Under the pieces are notes generated by a model. It made no database searches, was not told the DNA's origin, and worked only from the letters and a program-made list of their open reading frames with translations. A stretch of 53,759 nucleotides of DNA, the filler included, from Squatina squatina (taxonomy: Eukaryota), in assembly GCA_031763465.1 (NCBI GenBank). It is 3 parts of 3 records of this genome, joined end to end, with 100 filler letters (N's around TTAATTAATTAA, not from the genome) between each part and the next. Parts side by side here need not be neighbours in the genome. Positions count along the whole stretch, not along the records: positions 38,426 to 53,759 come from JARFOE010000007.1; 2 more parts are not named here. The stretch is one strand, 5' to 3'. Positions within the stretch are counted from its first letter, which is position 1. Each line of letters opens with the position of its first letter. A program made the position numbers and the translations under genes. This document shows positions 44,051 to 53,759 of the stretch, piece after piece.

Positions 44051-46239
44051 CTGCACGGGTTCCCTGGAATGTCGCGTGGCCACACAGATTAAAGGGAACA
44101 TTAATGACAAGGTAGGTGTATCATGGTCTGTACACATAGGTGGGTGGGAAAGGGTATAGCATGATTGCCTAAAGTGTAAATGCATCGTTCTCTTAAGTCT
44201 CCTCAGTCTCTCCTTCTCCTCCACCAGGACCAACAAATATAAATGGTACTCGCAGCTGCATACCCGTGTTTAAAATGATAATACTACTGCATTAAATAGC
44301 ATTGGCCAAACGCCCACACTGGGTAGATGTGGCCCCAGGGCAAATGGGCAAAATTAGTACAGTTGGGCAAAAACAACATGCAAAACATGTGCCAAATAAG
44401 AGGGGCAGAAAACCATCAATAATCACCACAGTAGGCTTAGGCCTGCACGGCCAATAATGCACACCCCATTCACCTGATCGATGGCAGCACTGCTAGTCGA
44501 CAGTAATGTGTGGTAGCAACAATAGGATAAACTTATTGAGCCCTTGCATCTGGCAGGAGTCTTTCTTGATAGACGGACTAATAGTCAGGCACCCGAATGA
44601 GGGTGTTCCCGATTTTCCAGTTTTTACAACACAATGAGTATGACCCTGCATTGGGCCCACTGACCTCCATGCCCAGTTCTCCAATCACTGCTTCCATTGA
44701 GCAAGACACCCTCTGCATAGTCCTGCAAAATTTACCTACGTGATCAAGTCACCTGATTCATGTGTTTTCATGATATCCATTCTTCCACAGGTCCGGTGTG
44801 TTGCTTGGACTTTTGGTAATCTGAAATGTTGTTACATCCTAATCTCTAAATACAAATCCGCTACTTCGGTGCTGAGTAATGGTTTCTGAAAATTACACCA
44901 TCAATCTAATACATGGGTAAGAGAAAGCGATGGTACAGCAAAGTTAAGGATGTAATCGTAACTGCTTTAGTATTTGCTGAGACAAATGAAATGAAATATA
45001 GAATTCACACTGGGAGCCTTACTCTGTGTCTGACTCATGCTGCACTTGACCTGGGAGCACTTGGTTCTGTCACGGGGAGACCAAGGAGTGGAAATGTATT
45101 CCTGTCCCCATCACTGACATTCCGCACTTGGCTGAGCACCAAAATAACATACTGCCTGTAAGACGGATCAATGTTTGAACTTGGAAGCTCATCCTCATTT
45201 CTGGCTCTCTGACTCTAACCCAAGTTTCCAAATAGTTTCCACTTACTGCAGCGTTTGCTATATTTTGGCTCTGATAACTGATAGCAGTTATTACAGAANN
45301 NNNNNNNNNNNNNNNNNNNNNNNNNNNNNNNNNNNNNNNNNNNNNNNNNNNNNNNNNNNNNNNNNNNNNNNNNNNNNNNNNNNNNNNNNNNNNNNNNNTT
45401 ATTACTTAATTATTCCTTCATAAAGGATGCTACCAGAATACAATGACGAATTGGTAATGCTTTCACAGGGCAATTAGAAAGTAAAAATCCCTTTCCATAC
45501 ACAAAATTAGATTTGTCTGCTTAAGCAGGAAAATAGATGTGCTCATTTAGAATCTGTGGCAGTGTTATTTGAGTACAAGCTAACAGTGTCCATCAAACGT
45601 TCAATAATGTATTCCTGTATAAATAAAGAGCCTTCCTATTAGGCGGAGGTGATTTAAAGAATAATAATATCGGGACAAGTATTATTTCTTACAGCAGAAT
45701 TAAGGGCTGATCCCGCAATCACAAGCAGTACACACTATTGGACTGTGCGATCACAGAATCTTCCTTTGAGAGAGAATAGTTCCACATGAATTAAACCCAT
45801 ACAAGACCCTGATTTTAGTGAATAAACGCTTTTTTCTATTGTGTGCTTGCACTGTGGTGCCTGTTTAAGGCCATCTTCTGGAAAGAAAAGAACTGTGTGG
45901 CAGGTTTTATGAATTAGCACCAATGGCAAAGAGCTTCGGGCAATGAAAACGCACATCAGGAATTCAATTTTCCACCCATTCTGCGACAAATTTCTCATGC
46001 ATATCCCTGTTGCACAATGCTTGTCAGGAGTAAAATCCACCCCAGTATGCATAGCTTGAGATAGAAGTTTACAGAGAAGGTTGCACAACATTCTATATAT
46101 TGTCAAGCCTAGCTGAATGAAGTATGCAATATCTTCCGAACAAAATATTTAAAAGAAGAGCAAGTACGTTTATGTAGGCAGTTCAATCTGTGCAGAAGGG
46201 TAAAGCCCACCACTGTCATTTTTTACCCCTGCAAAAAAC

Positions 46240-46990
46240 TACCCCAAGTCACTTTGAATCAACCTCTTGAATTCTGTCCTCCCCTTGCTCTGGCTCATGA
46301 GGATCAACATCTCTGTCAATGTTTTCCACATCTCCATCAAACGTCTCCATAACTGTCCATATGCCTTTTTCCTGGAGAGTTTCCCACCCCCACTGCTCCT
46401 CATGTTACAAAGCCTCGAATCCACAGATGTGAACTTGAACACATTTATTGACCAACCAGCTGGGTTGTCTGTTGCCAGATCTGGCTCGACCACCTGGAGT
46501 GTACCAATGCTCCCTCTTGTTGGCCCTAACTGTTTACTTCTCCAAGACCATCCTGGAGAGTCGAAACAACTCCAAACTCCTCCTCTCAGCCACATAGCAC
46601 CAACTCAGACCTCCCTCCTGCACCCTTGGACTGAAAATGTGAGGAACTTAGTCCAAAATTGAGGTGAGATGCATAGCTGCCACTGCTTCCTCTGACTGGC
46701 CCTAAATTTCTCCCCCGCCCCACTACACTCAATAAGCCCTTCATCCATTCTATCTGCTGTAGTTTTTCCCTCTACTCCCTCCTAGCATACTTATACCATT
46801 AATGAATCCCACCACTTGCTCCCTCAATCTCTCCTATTCCATCTCCAATGTTCCCTGAAATCATCAACCTGTCTCTTTTCTCTGGCAGTGCCTCCATTTC
46901 CTTCAAGACCAGCATTACCTTCCCTCTCCTCAAGAAACTCAACCTTACCTCCTTAATTTTCTCCAACCTTCCCTTGCTTTCTTTTATGTA
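46240..46990 (+). mobile_element. Decayed L2-clade LINE ORF2 fragments
   Basis: Pyrimidine-rich plus strand; 46856-46980 reads EIINLSLFSG...FKTSITFPLLKKLNL...SNLP, the RT start motif. Confidence 0.65.
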
Positions 46991-48184
46991 TCGCATGCAG
47001 GGTGGAGCTGGAATAACTTAGTTGACACAGTGCTTAACACAACTCTCTGTNNNNNNNNNNNNNNNNNNNNNNNNNNNNNNNNNNNNNNNNNNNNNNNNNN
47101 NNNNNNNNNNNNNNNNNNNNNNNNNNNNNNNNNNNNNNNNNNNNNNNNNNTGTGTGGGGGTAGAACGAGCTCAGAGCTCCAGTAGCTGAAGTAATTTGTA
47201 ACTGATGAAAACCAACCAGCTTTTACCAGAATAGCTAAAGAGCAAAGGGTAGTAACCAGCTCATTACAGCAGCATTTCTCTGTGAGCTCCAGCTGTATAT
47301 AATCAACCTTCCACGCAGTGTAAATCTTTGCACCGTTTCCTCCGCTGATCAGAAAGCGCCACCTGAGGAACGCAGTGACTCAGTGTGAATAAACCTGATG
47401 AGAGATGAAGTAGTTGGAGTAACCTATCTGCTCAGAAAATCCATTTCTCGTTGCAATTTCCTCTCATAGCATACCTAGTTTAATAAAATCGCAGGATCAA
47501 TGGTCCTACTGAGTAACTGAATTGAGATTCAACTGGTTGATAATGAAAAAATATGGTTCACTTGCTAAAGTTTATTGAGATGGGAAGACACAAAATGAAA
47601 AATGTTCCATCTGTCTGTTCAGTGAATCACTCAGCTTTTCTCGGAGGCAGTGATCATGACCCCTTTAACACGCTGTTCCTTTTCTTCAGATTCCCCAGTG
47701 AGAAAGCATTTCCCAGGCAATTTCAGTGATGTCAAAATAATCGGATCAAAATTGAGAAAAGGCCTCGCAGTAACTCTCTCAGTGGGTTCGTTTCATGAAG
47801 CAAAAAGAAGCAATTACGTTTCAAACGTTTTTAATTTTAGAGAGCCTTTTAATGCACACCTTAAATATGCTTGTCGGATCTGTGCCGACATCGAATTATA
47901 GCAAACATCCAAACCCAACATCACTCTGCCATTGATATTGTTTAGCATCTATCATGTTCTATGATTGTCGGAAATGGATGGGGAATTCATCTGTTTTTGA
48001 AGTTGAAATTTTGTGCCAATCAAGACGAGGAACAGAATATTTTTCACTTAATATCAGCATCAAGAACTCCTGGGGTCCCTGGTGGGGCGAAGCAGGATGT
48101 GAGAAAGGAATATTCTCAGACAGTGACCCCTCATAAAAAAAAAATCTCCTTTTGCCACACATCTACAGCCTCCCAAGGTAATAG

Positions 48185-48392
48185 ATTTCAATTAGTGCTG
48201 AATTGTGCCCAGTGTTGTGGGCTTGCTAGGAAATAGATTGCGAGTGCACAGACTCATTTCACTTAGGACCTTTGCCAGCTGTGAGAGAGAGAGAGAGAGA
48301 GAGGAGCCATTCACCTCATCAATCTGGACGAGACTCAAACTCAGAGCTGACAGGTGAAAGCACCAATCTGACCTGCCGTGTCATCCAGCTCC
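48185..48392 (-). mobile_element. LF-SINE-like element with internal (GA)n tract
   Basis: Minus strand reads ggagctggatgac...gctttcacctgtcag...cctaagtgaaatgagtc...ttcctag...cacaattcagcactaatt. (GA)n at about 48283-48303. Confidence 0.55.
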
Positions 48393-48784
48393 TATTGTGC
48401 ATGCAAATGTTAATATATTAATGCATGATGTCCTCTCAGTCATGCCTTAAGTGACAGGGCTGTTGCTCAAAATATTCATAAGGTGTTTATTTTGCTGAGG
48501 TTCACAGTTTTTAAATTTACTTCCCTGAGTAATTATAATGATCCCATTTGTAGTTACTATAACTCGTAGACAGACAAAGTCTAGAAAGTAAATTAATTAC
48601 GATTGCTGCAGCCAGCAAGGTCAGTCAGGGTAAAGAAGGTTGAATGTGTTTCTATTAAGTCTTTGGTCCTTTGTAATCCTTTACNNNNNNNNNNNNNNNN
48701 NNNNNNNNNNNNNNNNNNNNNNNNNNNNNNNNNNNNNNNNNNNNNNNNNNNNNNNNNNNNNNNNNNNNNNNNNNNNNNNNNNNN

Positions 48785-48932
48785 TAGATTTCTAGATATT
48801 AAAGGCATCAAGGGATATGGGGATAGTGCAGGAAAATGGCGTTGAGGTAGATCAGCCATGATCTTGTTGAATGGCAGAGCAGACTCAAGGGGCCAAATAA
48901 CCTACTCCTGCTCCTATTTCTTACGGTCTTAT
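48785..48932 (+). mobile_element. CR1 LINE 3' end
   Basis: RFLDIKGIKGYGDSAGKWR* plus a UTR of the same family as 4773-4930. Confidence 0.9.
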
Positions 48933-49479
48933 TTATTTTTTCTGAACAGGTTGAAAATTTGACCCCAAAGCTTCTCTTGTCTACAACCTGGAGGAGGCTC
49001 GCTAATGTTTTACTGAGCTAACAGAACCAACTGGGCAAATTGAAGGATAATGACTATTAATTATTTCTAATGCACTATAAGCATAGCAGTAGCATGGTAC
49101 TTTGTGTAATGACCATTTTGAGTATTTGAGCTATGACGGAAGGTCTATTTTGTAATCAACCTAATCGACAAATGCAAATTAGATATACTCAGTGAAGTTC
49201 GTTAATGTGCTCTCTCATTAAGCCTAGCAATTATACCTTCTATTACACATATATCATGCATCTCCAAAGTGAAATGTAAAATTCAGATTGCTACTTATTG
49301 TAACTATCCTCCAATTCATGCAGCAGATGCTTCCTGAATGACATTCTACCATGGTCTAAAATTATTTCAAATTAAAATTGCAGAGGGACTGGATCAAAAG
49401 ATCCTGCAGTAAGCTATTCCAAATCCAAATGCCAAATGCCCAACATTTTCTGGCCCAATGCTCTGACTATGGCCTTTTT

Positions 49480-49665
49480 TAGATCTCCACCATTGGCGGC
49501 AGAGCCTTCAGCATTCCCCAGCCCTACCCTCCTGAAACTTCTCCGCCTTTTTAATTCTCTCCCCCTCCATTAAGAGGCTCCTGAAATCTTTTTGACCATC
49601 TCTTCCCCAACTGCTCAGCATCTGCTTCTCTTCAGCAAAGCACCGTGGGACATTTTGGACATTAA
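49480..49665 (+). mobile_element. L2 3' end fragment
   Basis: ctccaccattggcggcagagccttcagc...aaagcaccgtgggacatttt. Confidence 0.65.
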
Positions 49666-49802
49666 ACTGAGGCCCCCGTCTGCTCTCTCAGGTGGACGTA
49701 ACNNNNNNNNNNNNNNNNNNNNNNNNNNNNNNNNNNNNNNNNNNNNNNNNNNNNNNNNNNNNNNNNNNNNNNNNNNNNNNNNNNNNNNNNNNNNNNNNNN
49801 NN

Positions 49803-50043
49803 GCACAGCCTTCAGCGGTCTTGGTGCCACACTCACTGGAACTTCCCCCCTAAACCCTCCACCTCTCATCTTTCTCTCTATAAAAGCCCTCGTAAAACCA
49901 ATCCGTTCTCGCCAAAGTCAAGCCTCCAAACTCTCCCACCATGGCTCAGCATTGTTCCTTTCTATTTTTATACCTGCACACTACCTTGCGGGCCTTTTCT
50001 ACGTCAAAGGCTCCGTATAATTGCAAATCGTTGCTATTGTTGT
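49803..50043 (+). mobile_element. L2 3' end fragment
   Basis: gccttcagc...ctggaacttcccccctaaacc...ttttctacgtcaaaggctccgtataattgcaaatcgttgctattgttg. Confidence 0.7.
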
Positions 50044-51054
50044 CCCTCCAGTTTGACAGTGGTGGCCTGTCATGTCTGCCTCACCCTCTGGTTATTTGTA
50101 GATTGAGATGCTGCATGAATTAATCATTTAAAGAACACAATTAAAATATATACTGAAGCTTTCCTTCCACAAACTGTATCCAGGTATTAACCTTACAATC
50201 TGAAGGAAGGAGATTATAAGAAGTCATTATACCACCAGTATCCTCCTTTACATATTAAAGAATTTTAAAGACTTATTAAGAACTTGAGTTTCCCTGTTTC
50301 CGAGTCAGTTCTGTTTCTTTTTGTTCAATTTAATTGAATTCATTGATGACCAGGAGAATTATTGAGCATGACAGTGTGAGCGAGATTAACCAGGATCAGT
50401 AGAAATACAATTATTCATGCAGCAATCTCATTTTAAGTGTATATGGTAATTTTACCCCCAACACCCTGCTGTATGAGAAATGTTTGAAGCTATCTTAGCT
50501 AATTACAAATTGAACAAGCAAAATTTTTTTTTTAAAAAAGGAAAACTTACCAGCTAAGATCTTTTTGAATATTTAAGGCAGTGACAGCTGCTCGCTGGTT
50601 GATACACTTTTTATAAAACAATGACANNNNNNNNNNNNNNNNNNNNNNNNTTATAGGTAACAGCGACAGGAATGATTGCTCAGTGATAATCAACACCCTT
50701 CAGTACACATTTGCGGTGTGGAGTGTTGTTTACTGGAATAATTAGTAAAGACGCTGTTTTTGCATCTGTAATTTTGCTTGCTTAGCAAACACAGAGCAAG
50801 GTTTGGCTTTAACGGTGTCATTCCATTATATAGTCAAATGGAAAAGGCAATATTTTAACTTCTTCAATTCAGTGATCTGTACACATTACAAACTTCTATT
50901 AGTCATACAGTAATTTGGTAACTAAATACAGTTAAAGTGCAATTTCGTGTTAGTCTAGCGATAGGCATTAAGAAAATATTTGGATTAATTTTACAATTTA
51001 ACTCTCCTAATGCAGAGCTTTGTTTGATGGGAACATATTGGGAATATTTCACAT

Positions 51055-51161
51055 GGTGGGTGACGCAGTGGCCTTGGAAAAGGTTCAGAAGATAGCTACA
51101 AGAATGATCCCTAGCTTAAAGAACCTGAGTTACTCAGTTAGGCTTAATGAACTGGGTTTAT
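51055..51161 (+). mobile_element. CR1 LINE ORF2 fragment
   Basis: DAVALEKVQKIATRMIPSLKNLSYSVRLNELGL. Confidence 0.8.
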
Positions 51162-51519
51162 NNNNNNNNNNNNNNNNNNNNNNNNNNNNNNNNNNNNNNN
51201 NNNNNNNNNNNNNNNNNNNNNNNNNNNNNNNNNNNNNNNNNNNNNNNNNNNNNNNNNNNNNTGGGAGAAATTTCCACCGGCTATTGTGTGTCTAGTCCCA
51301 CACTATCATCACACAGCAAGCAGGCCTCAGTCTGTCTGAGCACAGAGGTCAACCTGACCAGCGGGGTCAAAAGCTTTGTTGAAACTGCAGCTGTACAATC
51401 AGATTTGTTCCAAATTTGCAGCTGTTTACAATCAAAATGCCCCCTTGTAAATTGTAGAAATTAGCTTCTGATGGGAGCTTAGGAGTAAAACTTTCCACCT
51501 CTCTGATCCCCTCAATGGA

Positions 51520-52010
51520 TGTCCCATGTTTTCACTCTCTATTGCATTGCAAAACATTTACTCCCTTTTGAACAAAGACCTCCCTACACATTACCTTATT
51601 TGGGATGAATACATCACTATCCTCAACCTGAGTGAAATCTAGCTCATTAACAGTGACTCTTGTCCACTCACTGAGGCCCCATCACTTTCCCTGCTCAAAC
51701 TGCCATGGCCCTCATTTGGAGGTTCCATTCAACCTCTTAGCTTAATCCTCAGATGAGCATCTCACTTTGTACCACCCCTCTTTTCCCGTTCATCAAAGTT
51801 CACATTTACTACTACCCTCCCAAACCTTTGGTGGCTTCCTTGCTGAAATATTTTACCTATTCTCCTCACTTTGGCACCAATGAATCTTCATTCTCAGTGA
51901 TTTGAACCTTCAGCCAAATTTCTCTTGCCTTGTCTTCTCTGACTTCTCCACCAGCCTGTCCTCACACAAACTCACTCTATTTATGAAGTCCCACACTCAC
52001 TCTTGAGGTA
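51520..52010 (+). mobile_element. Heavily decayed L2 ORF2 endonuclease region
   Basis: LQNIYSLLNK...ITILNLSEI*L resembles the N.RSL.NK...LTETWL motif, and ttcattctcagtgatttgaacc resembles ILGDFN. The strand is pyrimidine-rich. Confidence 0.55.
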
Positions 52011-53759
52011 NNNNNNNNNNNNNNNNNNNNNNNNNNNNNNNNNNNNNNNNNNNNNNNNNNNNNNNNNNNNNNNNNNNNNNNNNNNNNNNNNNNNNNNNNN
52101 NNNNNNNNNNGTCCTTCGCTGTGAAACTTGTGTAGCTAAGAGACAGAACCCTTTTATTGCTCAACGTTGGTTACATTTTTTTTTAAAGCTATTATTACAA
52201 GACTCTTTTCTTTAACATACTCCAGAACTGTCATAGCGTTGTATGTAACCGCTGCAGACAACGTGACTGTAGGCCACAGAAGTAACGCAGTCATCTTTGG
52301 AGAAGGCCACAGCCAATCACATTGTAGCAATTCAACAGAATTGTTAAAAGAAATTAAAGTGAATGTTAGACAGCTGGAGTATTTCACTTTGGTTTACACA
52401 GAAGAATGTGTTTTTTTTTTAAAGTTTTGAATCAGAATCTAGGTTCATCGGGAAAAATAGTTTGTCTCTTTAAAAATGGCAACAGTCAATGATGCCTAAA
52501 GCATCTAATAAAGCTTCATAGTTAGAGAAAGAGAATCCTCTTGTACTCAGTGACATTAAACAATTACTTATTGCAATATTGAGGAGAAATGCACATTTAC
52601 AAAATTACATTTGGAACTACAAGAGAATTTTCTTTTTTTTGATCCATCAACTCTACTGCAGGTTACATGAAAAGTGACACAGTTCTTAGGTCTGGATTTC
52701 AGATACTGCATAGACACAGTGCCCTATATATAAAAAAATCCAACAAGGAAAAGTAGATCTTTGGATATAGACACATCATTTACCTTTGTATACCGCCTTG
52801 ACTACTAATACTATGGGATGACACTAATCTGAAAGACAAGTGCTAAACTGACTATTACTATAATTCTGATCTGCGCTATAAAGAGCAGGGTGCAGCTAAC
52901 CAGAAGTAGTACTCAGTAGTTAGTACTAAGGATCTTTCATTGAGCCGATACAAGGACATAATTCAAACATTAAAACCTTTTGGATTTGGATAGAGCAAAG
53001 AACTGGCTTATAACTAATTTTGGACTTCAAAAGATTGGATATCTATTTATATAATTCATTTTTTTTCTATAATAGCCCTTGGGTGTTTTCACATCAATAT
53101 AGTTAGTTCCCCAAATCAGTTTTCCAATTACACTAGTGTAATATTGTACTGGAAAATCAATTTCTATTCAAACACATACAAGTCACTACTTCTGATTGAT
53201 TAGTAACTATCATAAAATTAAGAGTTAACAGTTAAAAATTAAATGGCCCAAAAAAATCCTACAGGAAAAAAAAGTTTATGTACATTTTCTTTGGTAAGCT
53301 CGTTTTAAAATAGTTTTTGATATATCGGCGTCGCATAGGTGTGAACATTTACTGGCACATATTTCTAGAGATCTGTTCTTACTCTTAAAAGCTACACAGT
53401 AACTATTTTAAAATCAAAAATTCAAACAAGATACCCTGTCAGTACACCACTCATTTCAGCGTGGCAGTTCAAATGTAACCATTGTTTGATCCCTGATGTT
53501 AGATAAAGAATAACACTCAAATAGTTTTTTTTTATAAGAGGTAGTATCAAACAACTCCTGCAACCTTCAGCCCCACCTTTACACCATCCATGCTTGCTTT
53601 TCTCCTGCCTGTCCTGTTGCATTTGCTTCTGGCTCCACTTACCTTCAGGCTCTTCGATATTTCTATTTCTCAGGGTCTGGGGTGGGGGTTTGCTGAAAAC
53701 ATCCCACCTTCTCCCTGAGGGCTTTGGGAGAGAGTATGTGCAGTTCCCCTGCCTTTTTT

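Noticed and set aside
43613-44236. 207-aa minus-strand ORF as an intact domesticated HARBI1-like gene
   Set aside because: The transposase motifs are split across frames and the catalytic IDCTH and GS.HD motifs are degraded, so it is a decayed element.

Overview
This is eukaryotic, intron-containing vertebrate DNA. The repeat landscape (CR1, L2 and RTE LINE pieces, tRNA-derived SINEs including SacSINE1/DeuSINE-like copies, Harbinger relics) points to a cartilaginous fish; that assignment is an inference. The window is not one locus. It is three scaffolds (1-13372, 13473-38325, 38426-53759) joined by an artificial N44-TTAATTAATTAA-N44 spacer, and each is a chain of short contigs separated mostly by fixed 100-N gaps, so adjacency across gaps is unreliable. 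Scaffold 1 carries exons of SLC20A1, an NT5C2/NT5DC4-type nucleotidase, an ovastacin-like (ASTL) astacin, DDX56 and CDCA2, plus one unidentified terminal exon and a duplicated pair of small signal-peptide/Cys-rich ORFs. Scaffold 2 carries the terminal kinase exon of a divergent DYRK2-like gene, an apparently intronless divergent fascin gene, an intron-containing BORCS6 and three Bassoon-family exons. Scaffold 3 has no recognisable host gene, only transposon relics and possible conserved non-coding DNA. I see no CRISPR array, rRNA, tRNA gene or prokaryotic system. The best novelty leads are the intronless fascin, the possible extra DYRK2 and BSN paralogues, the spliced BORCS6, the ovastacin-like gene and the duplicated secreted-peptide units. 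All family assignments come from recalled sequences, not from database searches.
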